Under the pieces are notes generated by a model. The model did no database searches, was not told the origin of the DNA, and was given only the letters and a program-made list of their open reading frames with translations. Below, one piece after another: positions 11,201 through 23,775 of a stretch of DNA of 64,000 nt. How positions within the stretch are numbered: the stretch's first letter is position 1; each line of letters starts with the position of its first letter. The stretch is from Amoebophrya sp. A120 (Eukaryota; Protista; Dinoflagellata). The stretch lies in assembly GCA_905178155.1 (NCBI GenBank), contig CAJINV010000002.1, positions 9,678,650 through 9,742,649 on the forward strand, in the 5' to 3' direction. The position numbers and the translations under genes were made by a program.

Positions 11201-12909
11201 ACAGGAAAACCGAAGACCAGGCAACGGCTACTGATGAGGCAAGTGAAATAAAAATCGCTACCGCGTCAACGGGATTTGGTCGCCGCCACCGCAGCTGTGG
11301 CGACATTGCGGTACAGGGCGGCAAGACTGCGGAGGCGTTTTTACCACCAAGGAAGGTAACCCCGGCCGGGTTCCTGCAGCAGCTTCCGCAAGAACCGCAA
11401 GACCGGACTGAAACGTGTGCAGATAAGCAGCGCGTGAAGCAAGAACAATTGAGAAGATTCACTTCCCTCGGCCTGGAGCAAGAGAAGCAGTTTCAACTCG
11501 CCGACCGATTCGTGCTGGACGACTTGCGGTTCGCTGGTAGCGCCAGAGCGGTCGCTTCAATCGTCGACTCCTTCCAGCAACTGGAAGCGGCCGATAGCTC
11601 GAAAGACCGGTTCACCGACATGGGTACGGCGTTGGCTGCGTTTGACCGCGAAACGAGACGAGCGCAGCACAACTACAAGTATGATCATTTTCTGCTTGAC
11701 GCGAGTGATTCTTGGGATAATCTCGTCGCAGACGATGCGTTGTATTCGCACAAAAACTTGAGGCTCACCGACACCCCGTGCGGGTTCAGTCCCGGTCTGG
11801 GAAACGCAGTTGCGACCACCGACGCGCTAGCAAGGATTATGTACCACGGGTTCCTCGGCACGTTCAATGCGGAACAAGCGGAAATAGCTGCAGATTCTTC
11901 GTCCGCGGAGGTTCTTCTTGAAGACCAAAACCGATTACTCTCTATCGCTGACGCCAAGAGCTTTTGGCGAAGTGTAGTTGGTGGCGGTGATGCAAACACT
12001 CCCGGAAGCGTTGACGTGTTCTTGAACACTGGGGATCATCATTTTAACAAGAGCATAAAGAACAAGGACTACGACTCTACAACAAGCAGGTCATACAAAC
12101 AAAGCATTGTCGTCGACCACCACGATGATGATGTCGTTACTACTACCGATGAAAATGACCTTATGGGCCGCCCACAGCTTCCTGCCTCCTGTTCCGCCTC
12201 TGCTCTGAGCCGCGAGCGAGCAACGTTTTCCTCTGCCGCCTCCGCGGGCGACGGGCTGCATGGCGAGGAATCAATCGTCGAACCTCAAGCCAGCTTCGCA
12301 TACGTGGAAGTTGTGGTCAGCCAAAACGCTGCGGCGGATACCGACACGGAACGAGGCCAAGCTAGTACTACTAGTACATCGCGTCGCACCGTTCGCGTGA
12401 AGAACTTCCGCAAGCTTTTAAACGGCGCGACTTTATCCTTTGGAGGGAACGCGCTGCCGCTGGATAGAAGTACGACTGCAAATGCAATGAGAACAACTTC
12501 TGCTTTCACGGGTGGCACAGCTAGCCCGATGCTCGCCCCTACCGGCAATTTTTGTCCGTTCCAAGCGGTGTTCGAGAAGCAAGATTTTTCGCTCGTGTGG
12601 TGCATGAACACCGACGGGCGGGTGGGTTCCACGCACGGAAGCGATCAATATGTGGAAACCTGCTCTGATCTGGCAAACCAGTTTTTTCAGTTGAAGACCC
12701 ACTATGCCTTGGGAAAAGGAATGGTCGAGCGGTTTTTGCGGTCATCTCTGGCGGAACGAGAAAATCTAGATCAAACGATGGAGTCCACCAAAGCCGACGG
12801 AGTACCTGGATCGCGAAAAAAGGTGTTGCGAGTGGAAGACGACGTCTCGTTTCTCAACTGCGAAAATGATTTTGATGAGTTGTTTCACAACCTGTGCGGT
12901 AGCGGGTGA
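8272..12909 (+). CDS. Large hypothetical protein with a probable signal peptide (~1545 aa)
   Basis: Uninterrupted ORF (track 8227-12909); MKMKFLTWSSTALFCLLLDEAARA resembles a signal peptide; no family recognised. Confidence 0.75.
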   Translation: MKMKFLTWSSTALFCLLLDEAARAASFHSSTTPSVQEERRPVLRDEVVAAEPDRVLVSRDHDERNLLRSLPPSRFESVAFSAQPGARNHASVPQDKHVQQVPAEGREREDDEWTLADLSSVGSDFVFLDDDLESTFSIRAEGTSGRTAFHPGQLAETSAEENAAHATEHQNVLPQHDHGTKGEHDEGEELQQAGRRTAPLRFSPSLLTTHVWRTASQEHLSEGEDATVLVLDDEKLLSADEILSQKIRSSDQAQLLLDFLQPVAEKWTAALLPRTTGRGTTPRKSRNENNYRIAHELSISFFDRASRKVAVQTKAVRQIGKAEVEEELPKNGNEVCPTSTSETRITPSELLGNGTKQENHMNAGNNKQLLFSPGASGMLPLLVIRLFRAVEKRCENFCETEEAKRREAEQMRTATAMLFHHATYCSYNTTMYNPVQHLIPSFTSVTHYAGNYDNYHCDYLYDPLGVFAGYPHNNISQKVVDDLHGATNSIGLDEVLAGQNSHRQAQNASRGGSFTIMREDSLDSSDESPGRGTSAVWSRRDGLHGEKTMAASEQQSCSQQCKRRVWLEETNVMEEFVKVVQPPQRKVFDIENQLHQLNEEREGRVANLRELLLRSLGRKHVLTAPTSSASAADKSLSKRIRALLSYAPHFARAEPEFVWKYLLNSDDSEEEQVGPERPEGAPFLTSAAREKSQLFFQHLLLFTIVKMERLSQDFEAERKDFPSQILFDNKKRGSRGSATPEIVNADGGSKDPYDVFDRIQDEQQKWEIVAGFRFADVSKSCAVLVDHLFRTGSASEHDGSSSALFPPEVLKRKPKKQQDVAPALCESQPPSLAGSTGSLFSRVLRRLVPGAVSPLSPSTSAASTNAKSPCSSSAEALHSPASLSFAPTTSDQVGPKGEDSASPDVSAVEALINTTGHGLTFQGVHMMMIDDLPTGFSRSTSAPSFSTSTTRQASNNITRVADNDERASSSILAENPNRKTEDQATATDEASEIKIATASTGFGRRHRSCGDIAVQGGKTAEAFLPPRKVTPAGFLQQLPQEPQDRTETCADKQRVKQEQLRRFTSLGLEQEKQFQLADRFVLDDLRFAGSARAVASIVDSFQQLEAADSSKDRFTDMGTALAAFDRETRRAQHNYKYDHFLLDASDSWDNLVADDALYSHKNLRLTDTPCGFSPGLGNAVATTDALARIMYHGFLGTFNAEQAEIAADSSSAEVLLEDQNRLLSIADAKSFWRSVVGGGDANTPGSVDVFLNTGDHHFNKSIKNKDYDSTTSRSYKQSIVVDHHDDDVVTTTDENDLMGRPQLPASCSASALSRERATFSSAASAGDGLHGEESIVEPQASFAYVEVVVSQNAAADTDTERGQASTTSTSRRTVRVKNFRKLLNGATLSFGGNALPLDRSTTANAMRTTSAFTGGTASPMLAPTGNFCPFQAVFEKQDFSLVWCMNTDGRVGSTHGSDQYVETCSDLANQFFQLKTHYALGKGMVERFLRSSLAERENLDQTMESTKADGVPGSRKKVLRVEDDVSFLNCENDFDELFHNLCGSG

Positions 12910-13969
12910 TGAATGGAAAATTTATCTCCGCCACCGCACACTGACACGACATGATTTTTTTGAGGTTCATTTCCGATCCGGCATCCTGCACGGCTTTTCT
13001 TTACAGTGACGAGAATAAAACTCAAGTAGCACAAGTAGATAGAAGGCACGGCATTCACTACTCTACTATGTTTTGTTAGCCTGAGAATACCCCGACAACC
13101 TTGTTTCCAGAAGAGTTTTGACTGTAGCTAGCCTAGCTGGCGATTTGCATTTTCCGTTTTCTCACGAGCTGTAACTAAGATTTTTAGTTACCGACCTAGA
13201 TCTTTTTCTTTTACCACAAGTGAAGAATTGCGTTTTTGTCGACATCCTTATCATGCGTTCTTTCGTAAAATGCAAAAGCAACTACTGATTGCATTGTCTG
13301 CGCAACTGTACTCCAGTTCCGATGACTTTTTGAGCTTCTGTTTGCAAATGAAAATCTACGAGAACCGCGAAAATGTTTGTCATTCCTGCTGAAATGAAAC
13401 TGGAATGTTGGATTAAGTTTCATCAGTCCGCTGTCAGAACACAGCCTTCAGGTCTTCGAACACCCGTACGCGTGCCTGCGACCTGCTACCATTTCTTTCA
13501 TGTTTACGTCTTGCGTTTCCGTATGGTGTGTGAAGGTGAACAACTCGTGCCGCCGAGACGAATACGAGCGCGCGCAGGAGGGTGGGAGTCTCGGAGAAGT
13601 CGGAAAATGGAATTTTCCGAAGCCGCTTTTTTCTTGAGTGGTGAGGCAGAAGTGTTTCAAAGTTAGCTCTGGAGGACAATGGCGTCTTCAGATGTCAGTT
13701 GTTGCGTTCGTTTGAAAAATGAAAAGAAATATTAACTGTGTAGTGAGTACTTACAGTGGTTGTAGTACTGTGGACTACCTGTATCTACCTGCACAACTGC
13801 ACGACGCGTACCCGTTTACTGTTGCCGCCCAAAACGAACATCTGGAAGCGAAGAAGGACAATCTGCAACAAGTCCGAGAAAGATACAAGCGAAATTGCGC
13901 CGGAGACAACGACTGTGCCTGCCCAGTTCCCACGAGAAACCGCCTTTGCCTGCACACAGAAACCCCCCC

Positions 13970-16900
13970 ATGGGATGCGGCGTCTCGGCCCGGCCGCGCC
14001 CAAGCCATCCTTACCAGAAGTTTTCTTCTCGATCGGAAAACTCGGAAGACAGTCTGGAAAAGGAGCTGAAACGGTCCAACTGCGACTCCAACTATGACAA
14101 CGAAGAGTTGCAGCGCGACACCAGTTCGGCGATCGCCCGGGTCCTTACCACCGTCACTTCTCTGTACAATTTTGTCGAAAATGAGCGGCAAGCCGCCGTT
14201 TTTTCTGTGGAGGCACAGCGGCGAAGGGAAATTTTGCAGCGGTTGGCGGAAAAGATTTGCGAGAAAAGACCGGTGCTGGAACAGTACAACTCGATCTTGC
14301 AGCCTGGTGGTTCATCTGCCTCTCAACAGATTGAGCAACAACATCGGATCGATGCGCAAAATGAGCGTCGCGAGCAAACTCTTCCATTTCCATCCTCGCC
14401 GTCGAAGCAGAAGAAAAAGCAGCTGTATCAAGCGGTGTCCGCGGTCGTCAAGGGGGACCTCATTCTCGTCGAGGTAGTGGAGACGGAACAAACGGGTCCT
14501 CGTGAGCAGAGTGCCGTTATTTCTTTTACCGATAATTCGGGAAGTTCTGCTGCGAAAGTAACCCGCAAGCAGATCCCGTTCACGGAGCTGTGCTGGGAGA
14601 ACGCGAAGCAGTCGCTGCAGCAGGATGTGGAGGTTTTGGTCAAGAACGCGACGGACTACAGCAACAAGCAACTTGTCCACGCCGCGGCGGATTACAGCGG
14701 GCCAAACACGAGAACTCACACCGCTGTTTCTTTCGCTGACATCAAAGGATCGACGTCCTCCTCGCAGGAACAGGGCGGACTGGGTCTGATGGACGAGGAG
14801 CAGCCGGCGACAGGAGAGGGAGAAGTCACGACGACCCCGGCGGCCGGATTGAGTGCAGACGAGGACCAAACGCAGTATTTAACGTTCAAGAAGCGGGAAG
14901 TGCTGGAAGTTCTGTACAAGACAGAGCACTGGTGGTACTGCCGGCAACTGGAAACCACCACGCGCGGAATCTCGCAGACCGGTTGGGCGCCGGCTGCGCT
15001 CTTGCAGGAACTCGGTCGCGTGCACAAAGAGTTCCAAGGAGGAGCTGGCGGCCAAGAAGAGCAGCCTAGAAGTATGAACAGCAGCAAAGAGAAAGAGCAG
15101 GCAGGGGAGGACCAGCAAGAGCAGCAATCGCCGATGCTCTTATCCGTCGATGTCAATGACACCGTTCAAATCCTTTTTCGCCATTACTCCGGGTGGAGTT
15201 ACGCGAAAAAACTAGTACAACAGGAACAACGACGGACAGCACAGCCGGACCAACATCATCCAGAAGTAAATCCGGCTGCCGATCCAGGTGTCGGAGAGCA
15301 GGTGGGCTGGCTGCCGGACGCGTGCATTGTCCCGACTTCCGAGTCCCGGGACAGCAAAACGGTGCGACCGTTTGTGCAGTCGGTGAAGAAGCACAAGGTG
15401 ATCCAGGAGAATTTGCAGAAGATCCTGGAATCCGCTCATGCGGCGCAGAGCTCGCTGCAGTGGATCATGTCGACTTCGAAGTCGAACTTGAGCGGGACGA
15501 CCAGCAACAGCCAAGCCATACTGCTTCCCGGCGCAGCGAACTTCTTGGACGAGGAAACGAATGCGAAGATCGTCGACCAGATCGGACTGTTGATCGAGCA
15601 CTTGACCGTCGAGGTGAAGCAGATTTGCGACGCACTGTACGGCAGCCAGAACTACGAAGGAGCGGGCGCAGCAGGAGTAGACTCTAGTAGTACAACTCAG
15701 AAGCAGGCCCGGGTGCGCTGGCTGTGGGAGCAAGAGGACGGGGGTCGTGGGCCGAACGACGATGAGGGAACAAACAACTCGTCGCAGTTCCTGCAGAACT
15801 GCCAGGTAAACGATGTGGTTACGGTTCTCGCGCAAAACGTCGAGGATTCCGGCTGGAGTTACTGCGTATTGCTGGTGGAAGATAGGGATAGCAGAGCAGC
15901 AGCGTCTTCCGCAGCTTCTTCAGAATCTGGAACAAAGACAGGAACTGGAAAGAACGACACGTATCAGAACGATACCAGAAATAAATCCGCCACAACTACT
16001 GCTTCCGAAGGCTGGGTGCCGGAGGACGCTCTGGACTACGAAGACGTTTACAATTCGCACAAAAGCAGCAAGAACCAGCTGTACCGGAAGGGAGCGAGCA
16101 AATCGTCCACAGCGTCTTCCTCCAAAATGTATCCTCGTTGCTCGATCGACGAGCTTCCGCCGTGGGTCGTGACCGACTCGCCCGCTCGGTGGTACTCGCA
16201 TTCGCAAAAGAAGTACTGTGACGTGCGGATAACGGAGATCAACGAGAGCCGGAACATGGTCTACATCCGGTTTAACGTGAACGAGAACGCGTGGAAGGGC
16301 GTGCGGTTCTACGAGCTTTGCCGCACGGCCGCTAGTCGGAGCAGTTCGAAGAGCAAAGAAAAAAGCGGGCCGGGGGATAGGAGTTTATTGGAGAACCATG
16401 ATTCATGTGGCCTTGACCACGACAGTGCCGACGACAGTGGCAGGCCGTTTTGCTGCCTCCAGCCACCGCTTTCCTACCATGCCGGAGAACAAGAAGCGCA
16501 ATACACCAGAGGAACTAGCACGCTGGACCAAATTCGCGAGGAACGGCCGGAAGACCTCTCCAGCCGTGGCCTAAATGACGTGACCAGCCAGGCGGACGTC
16601 GACATGCTGGGCGACATGGTGACCGGGGTGCAGCAGATGCTGGCGGCCCAGCAGGACGACAATTCGACCACCGGTTCGATGCCCACCACTGGGCAAGAGC
16701 AGCTGGAATTTGACCTGGGCCAGAGCATATGAATTGCAAAAATGTCTGGGTCTGGAAGAATGCATGTTTGTCATGCATATTTTTGCATGCCCCAAGAGGT
16801 CTGCAATGCAGGACTTAGCATGACAGGTTCTGTGAAGTCTCTATCATGTCTATCCCGCATGACAAACTGCCGCTACACTTGTTCAAACGTGGACGCCTTT

Positions 16901-19900
16901 TGGTAATCATGCAACGCAAATTTCTGTACTATCCAGACTTAGCATGACAAGTTCCAACCTTCCAGACCCAGACACTTTTACAATCCATAGAGCAGCGACG
17001 AGGATAGCATCGAGAAAGCTTTGTCCTCTCCCGGGGTTGGTGGAGAGCATGGGAGTACTAGAGGTCGATACAACGCCGCAGCCGCCAAACTTTTGGACAA
17101 GCCCACAACGCCCGTCGTGGTGAACGTGAACAACACCAGTTTTGACGCATCACCCGCCCCGTCCGCGCAGTTCTTTTCCGCACCGGTCACGCCGCCGCCG
17201 AACAGCAACGCAGTAACGCCGAACGCCGTGTTTTCCGCAGTGACGCCCAACAATTATGGAAAGTCGCCGGGGAAAGATGAACCGTCGAGCGACAGCAGGC
17301 AAAGTTCCCCGGCGGTTCGGTTAAACGCCACGACGACCGTGGAGGAGGGGGAAAGAACTCTTGAAAGACGCGACTCCATCCCGTATGTTCCGCCGCCGCC
17401 CCTGCCGAACGAGATGCAGCACGCACCGCCGCCCGAGGAACTCAAGAAGGGCACGATCGTCATGCAGAGTCTAACAAAAAGCGGCGGGATGAGTTTGAAT
17501 TTGCAAGGAAACAATGGTTCGTCCTTTCTCGACGTGCAGCTTGGCCCGTCCGAAACCACGGTGCGTTCCGCGCGGAGGTCTCCGGAAGCTGTGTCCCTGG
17601 ACGGAAGCCCACTGAAACAGCTGAAGTTTCGGAAGTCAGACACCAGGGTATTGGAAATCGCGTCGAAGGAAGAGCTCTCGCAGGTGCTCTTTTTACCAAG
17701 CCCACCGCATGGAGATGCAGGTTTGTTGTGCTGTTTTTGCGTGCTTTTTTTGTTGTTCTCCTCTGCAGCTCGACAAAATCAATGCACTTTTTGCTTCTTG
17801 CACGTGCAACAGGTGGTCTCTTTTACATTGATTAGTGTTTACGGTTTTTTTGTTCCTACTTGTACTTTTCACGTTCAGGAGCCGGCGCCGACGACCAGCG
17901 AAGTGCGAATATCGAGGACATTATGCAAGAAGGTACGCACGACGTTCGCACAGCCGACGTGCTAATCGATGAGCGGAACAACGTGTTGCTCCACCCCGAA
18001 TCCCGACAACCGGTTCTAGCCAGGACAGAAAGTGATGACGTGAATGTGAAGTACGTATACGTGAACCCTGACTCCAACCAAATCACCGGCCTCGCTGCGC
18101 TCCGACCCGACGGATCGCCGAAGAAACTGGACAAGTCCGCAACGAACATCGAGGTGAAAGCGGTGGTCGTAGACAAGAGCACGAAGGCGAAACTGGGCAT
18201 GTTGCCGGTGGCGGAACAGGATTTCTCATCCACTGTGCAAGACCCGTTGAAGGACCCCAGCAACGCCATCCGCTTGGTCATCGATGCGGAGGCGAGGGAG
18301 GTGCTGGGATACTGCGACCAAACAGTTCCGCTGCTGAGCACGTGTGACGAAACGGAAAAACCAGAGTCAAAACAAGTTTCCCCAAACATCAGCACCACGA
18401 GTGGCGCGCCGGCGTCCTCGCCGGGCGAGAAATCGAAGTCTAGCGCGGACAACAAATCCGAAGTTCAGATCCGGCTGCCAGATCCCGGTGTCGGAGTAGG
18501 AGTTGTAGAAGGAGAAAATAAAACCGCGACCGCAGACGCAGCAGTTGCCGCTGGCACACAGCAGACACCAGCGCAGGTATCGAAGAAGAAACAGGAGAAG
18601 CAGCAAAAGAAGGAGAAAAGAGCCGCGGTGCGGATTCAGGCGATCGCCCGGATGTTCTTGATTCTGAAAAAGATCCGGAAACGCAAAATAACCGCGATCA
18701 ACACGGTGAAGGCGAAGTGGCGGTCGTGCGTCGCCATGCGGGTCATGCACAATTTGCTGTACAACTTCTCCGCAACGGTGGTCCAGAAAAGGTGGCGAGG
18801 GATCAAGGGGAGACAGACCGCGAAGCAGAAGAGGAAGGAGTTTGAGCAGCGGCAGTTGGCGAAGATTGGCAAGGAGTTGGAATCCAGCGAGTTTGTCCTG
18901 TCCATGATCAACAAATTGCAGCAATTGGACGACGCGTTGGATTTTAATCACGTGAACAAGGAGCTAAAATACGAATACGAGTCCTTGCGGAGGAGAAGTA
19001 ACAGCAACCCGAATGTGGGCGTTGCAGTGGGCGGCGGAGGACAATCGCACAACAGAAGTTTGCTATCACAAACTCTTGAGCCAAGTAGTTCAACATCCGC
19101 GACTACTACCTCAAAAGGGTCTCCTACAGCCTACCACAACCCGAATTCCGTTGTCGAATTACTTGCCAGCCCGATTGCAGAGCTGCAACCTCCACAAGGC
19201 TACCTGGTGTCGAGTAGCAGTAAGACGAAAACAAGCAAAGGAGCTCCGTCGCCGGGGACTCCTTCTACTACAACTGGTGGAGTTTTTGCCTTCGCTAACG
19301 CCGGCGGATTGTCACTCGCGCCAACTTCACCGGCGAAGTTGCAGCAGAAGAAAACCACGCAGCGCGGGAAGATCATGGTGCTCGCGGGGAAGACGGCGGA
19401 TATGCGGAAGAAAGAGCACTTGCTGTTTGAAGAGGCGATTCAAGCGCGAATCGGGGTGCTGGAGCTGGAGCTGGCAAACGCAGCGGAGGCGGAGAGAGAA
19501 AAGCTGGAGGCGAAGCGGAAGGAGCGGCAAAAGCGCGTGGATTTGGCGAAGGAAAGGAGCTCGGCTTCCTCGTCTTCCGGGAACGAATCGACCTCCACAG
19601 AAGTTGTAGCTGAAAACGGCGACAATGACAAAACAAAGCCAGAAGCGCTGCAGGCGGAGAACCAAAAAGATTTGGACAATTGGTTCGAAATGGAAAAAAG
19701 CAACTTGGAAAAAGAGATAAGCGAAACACGAACTTACGAGCTGGACAAGCTAAAATTAAAATCGAAGCGGCTCCGGGCCCTGCACGATTTGGCGGACGCG
19801 TTTGTCGGCATTCCGCTGTTTAAGACGTCAAAAGACAACGAAAACAACTTCTCGCAGCAGAAAGACATCGAGGTGCAGAACGTCAGCGTGATCAATAATT

Positions 19901-22388
19901 TACGGTTCGAGTTACTCAACTCGACGGAGTTAAGCGTCACACGAACATCGGAGGAAATAAGCACGACCAGCCAAACTGCGACAGCAACCTCCTCCTCTCT
20001 CCCTCTCCCGTTCCTGCTGCGCAAGTCCGCCGAGTGGGTGTCGGCGCTGGCGCTGGAGGGCGAGTGGCCGAGCTCGATCGAAGAGAGGAGAGAACGGAAC
20101 AAGTTGCTGTTCGAAAACATGAAACAACTCCTCCAACAGGTTTTTGAAAAGGTCAAGCTCGTGGAACTTGCCGCGAAGGAAAGCGAGCAGCTGGTGGACA
20201 AGCACTCCTGGGACGAGGACCTGATCGTGCTACGGATGACGAAGCAGGAGCGCCAGGACCGCGCGGCCTTCCTGGCGCAGCAAAACTTTTCCAAGCAGAG
20301 TAAAATCGACAAGGAGTTTCACGACGAACGGGTGAAAAGGGACCAGTTCACCGAAATCGAGCTGAAAAAGATGTACGAGGAGCAGATGTTCCGCCTGTCC
20401 TCACTCTTCCGGTTTCAGAAATCGAAATTTATGGACTGCTACTCCAAACTGAAAATGACCGTCTCCGATCTGGAAGCCATTGCGAGCAAGGAGAAGACCG
20501 CGCTCATTGAGCAGACGCAGGAGAAGGTGGATCTGCTGGAGAAGCAGCTGGTAAGCAAGCAAGCGATTTCCCGCCAGATTGCGCACTGCGCCATGCTGAT
20601 CCAGATTGAAAAGGAGCGGCTGGAGCAAATTCTGGCGAACTACAAAACGATGACGACGAAGGAACGCGACACCGCAATTTTCAAGGGATTGCGAGTCACG
20701 AAGTGTGTGAAGAGGAAGTTGAAGGACCTCGACGTGGACCGAAACGCGAAAGAGAAAGTTTCCATTCTCCTCTACTCACTGAGGATGATCGAGGCCAGGT
20801 TGCAGTCGAAATTATCCGCGAAAAACAAACGGGACCCGGACGAAGGCGCGGACGAGGATTTCGACGCAGTGTACGAGTCGTGCTTTGCGGGGACAAGTAG
20901 CAGTGGGAACACTTCGAAGGCAACTCCAGCGGTCACTACGTCGAAAGAGGTGGAGAAAAAGCAAAGGGACTGGCAACAGAGAGAAGAGGACTTCGCGATC
21001 AGGTTAGCGAAGGAAAAGGCAAGGTATTTTAGATTTTGCTTTTAGAGGGGTTTTTGTGATTTGGAAGAAGAAGAAAGTGATACTCCATGTGACCACTACT
21101 ACATACAATCCAGACTCCGCGACAAAGAGGACAAGCTCGCCAGGAAGCAGATTCGCAGCATGTTGAATAGCGGTAAAGAGACGGCCGAGAAAGAATTCCG
21201 CGCGAAGTTCCTGGTTTTTGAAAATCTCCCAACCGCATGGAAAAGCAAGATCGAAAAGACTGCGGAACCCCTGCGACTTGTGAGGTTGGGCAAGGAGATC
21301 GGGGACGCCCTGCAGGTGGAGGTGAGCCGCTTCTTGTCGAGGCGCAGACACGAATACATGCTGGAAAGCAAAGCGTTGGCGGAAATGGGGCAAAGTTTGG
21401 AAGCCGAGCTGCAGAAATGCGAATCCTTCGATTTGCAAGAGACGATCTTTGCGTACTCGTGGATAAGTAATTCTAGTTTCATCTTTGCAGTGCTGCTGTT
21501 CGTAATTTCGTATCAGACAAAATTAAAAATTACTTTGCTCTTGCATCGGCTTCGACTACACGGAAAAACTTCATCTCCGATCAAAACAGCACCAACCCGG
21601 AGACGACAAAAGCGTACAAGGAACTGGAGAGCGAGCTCGCCGCTTGGAATACGCACGTGTCAGAATACCGCGAAGTGATGGAATCTAAGTTGAAACTTGA
21701 CGAAGAGGAGGAGGAGCACGTTCCGTCCAGGAGGAACTCCGTGCAAAGACTCGACACATCCATGGAAGACGAAGAATTAGGGTCGGATTCCGACCAAATC
21801 CCCACGCCACGCGGGGACGAGGACGAAACCGGCGCGACGGCGAAGGATCCTCAACATAACAAGCGGGCAAACGCAAGGCACTCGGCGAAGCGAAGCAGTG
21901 CGAGTGGACTTCCTACCGGGCGGTCCTCTGCGCAACAGGGGACGACGACAAACAAGGGAGGAACAGGGAACAAGCAAGAATCGCCTGCATCCAGTGCCAC
22001 CAAAACGCCACCGGCCAACCGTCCCCCATTGCCCAACTTTCCTCAGATGCTGAAAAAGATCAACTTACCTCCAGCCACGACCGGTGCACTTCCCCCTAGG
22101 CCTGTGAAATTTGACATGCCGGCATTGAACCCGTTTTCCGCTGCGGCAACTAACAATCTAGCGATGGAACACCATAAGGAACAGCAGCGAGGCGGCGAGC
22201 ACCTGAAGCAAAAATCATCTGGCGGTGGTCCGCCGAAGAAGCAAAGACCGGCACAATTGATGCTGAAGGAGCTGGACGCAGGGTTGGGCGATCTGGAAAA
22301 GTTCGTCAACACTGCGGGGGGCGCGAAAAATTTGCCGCGAAAAGTTGCACGCGCGCCAATGCCGCAAACGCCAATGTTTAAAGCGTAA
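13970..22388 (+). CDS. ~2617-aa scaffold-like protein: N-terminal MGCGVS, three SH3-like domains, IQ motifs, long coiled coil. Exons 13970-16727, 16995-17720, 17879-21023, 21114-21466, 21517-22388
   Basis: SH3 signatures (LTFKKREVLEVL..WW..GWAP; GWSY..GWLP; GWSY..GWVP) and IQ motifs (AAVRIQAIARMF, ATVVQKRWRG). Five ORFs join in frame through one TIR intron and three GT-AG introns; the total of 7854 nt is divisible by 3. Confidence 0.75.
16728..16989. mobile_element. Family A TIR intron
   Basis: TIR TATGAATTGCAAAAATGTCTGGGTCTGGAAG / CTTCCAGACCCAGACACTTTTACAATCCATA; direct repeat GAGCA at 16723-16727 and 16990-16994; removal gives GQS|SDEDS. Confidence 0.93.
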
Positions 22389-23221
22389 AGATGATAGGCG
22401 GGGGTATCTTGGCGCTGTGACGCGGAATATTTTCTGTCTTCTGAGGTTGCCTTTACTAGCACTTGCATAGGTATGTTTTTTCGAATGAACTTTCTTGACC
22501 TGCTTCGTGACTTTCTTTTTACAATCTTCACTTTGCTTCCAAAAAATGTTGTTGTTGAGCTTCTAGGTTTACATCTGCGTTGGCGCCGTTGCCTCGTACG
22601 ATCTGTTTCAAAATTTGATGATGAGCTTCAGTATAGATGACAAAAACATAAAAGAAGAAGATAAAGAAGTATAGAAAAACTGGAACAAGATAAGGACTCC
22701 ACCCATCTTGAGAATAAAAAAAGGTACTCGGTCAATAAAAACGAGCAGCTTCTCTCGACAGTCACGGGCACATTCGCTAGATGGCTGCGTCTCATGACGC
22801 AAGGGGAGGCTTGACGAATGTGGTCGTCGGGGCGCGTAGGACTCGCGCGACTGTCGACGAAACAGATCGTAAAGTCTAACTGATGTCCCAATCTAAAAAC
22901 AGCAATGGCGCTGCGATGAAGCTTTTCAAGCACGGTTCATGATGTGAGTGAATGAGAGTTTCCATGCAGAAATGCTTTGTGAGGTGAGCCAATGAGTTTG
23001 CTGATCTGATGTCTCCGATTTAGCTCCGGGCTTATCGCCGCTGGCGACCCGCGCAGTGACGGCCTTGCTTTTCCTTGTGAGCGAAGAAGAGCGGGCGCGA
23101 GCGAATCTACGCGCGGCGCCGTACGTCCGCGCTGGCAGCCGCTGCATCAGTTCCCAACCAGCAACAAGCTACCCGAGGCCCGATGTGCAAGGAAGCCGCG
23201 GCGCGCGACGCAGCGGCGCTC

Positions 23222-23775
23222 GCACCGGGGGAAGCGGCTCCGGCGGGGCCGAAATTGGCCCGCCCGCCTGGCCATTCTGGTCCGTTCGGGCGCAGGTTGG
23301 AGCCGCGCCAGCATCGGGGGAAGCTTCGCCCGCGGGGCCGAAGTTGGCCCGCCCGGGTGGTCGCGACGCCAATCGGACAGCACAAGCACGCCGGTAGCGA
23401 GGCAGGCGCCGGCGCCTGGCCGCGGGAAATCAATAAGCCCCGAGCCGCGACGGGTAAGGTGGTAAACTGCACTGCTGGCACGGGCGTAGTCTGGTGCGAC
23501 GCGGGCAGCGAGCTCTTCAAAAACTGAGAGCGGGGGGCGGTGCGTAACGCGCAGGCCACGCCGGCGGGGCCGAGGTGAGCCGAGGCGGCGCCACTTCGGC
23601 ACTGAGGGCAAAAAGCCGGCCAGCTTCGACCCCGATGAACAAGAGCAAGCGGATTCAACCCCGACGGGAGCAGGAAGCGGGCCCGCATCTTCATCGTCGC
23701 GCCAGCAGCAGCGTGACTACTAGCAGCAGCCACCACCAGGGGCGCGCCGGCGGGGCCGAGGTGGGCCGCGGCACT
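23222..23775. repeat. GC-rich intergenic island with dispersed direct repeats
   Basis: ~45-nt repeat at 23222-23266 and 23311-23355 (CGGGGGAAGC..GCGGGGCCGAARTTGGCCCGCCCG); CGCCGGCGGGGCCGAGGTG near 23559 and 23745. Confidence 0.65.

Noticed and set aside
8272-12909. Faint beta-lactamase/serine-hydrolase resemblance (PGLGNAVATTDALARIM)
   Set aside because: No SxxK catalytic motif identified; the similarity is too weak to call by eye.
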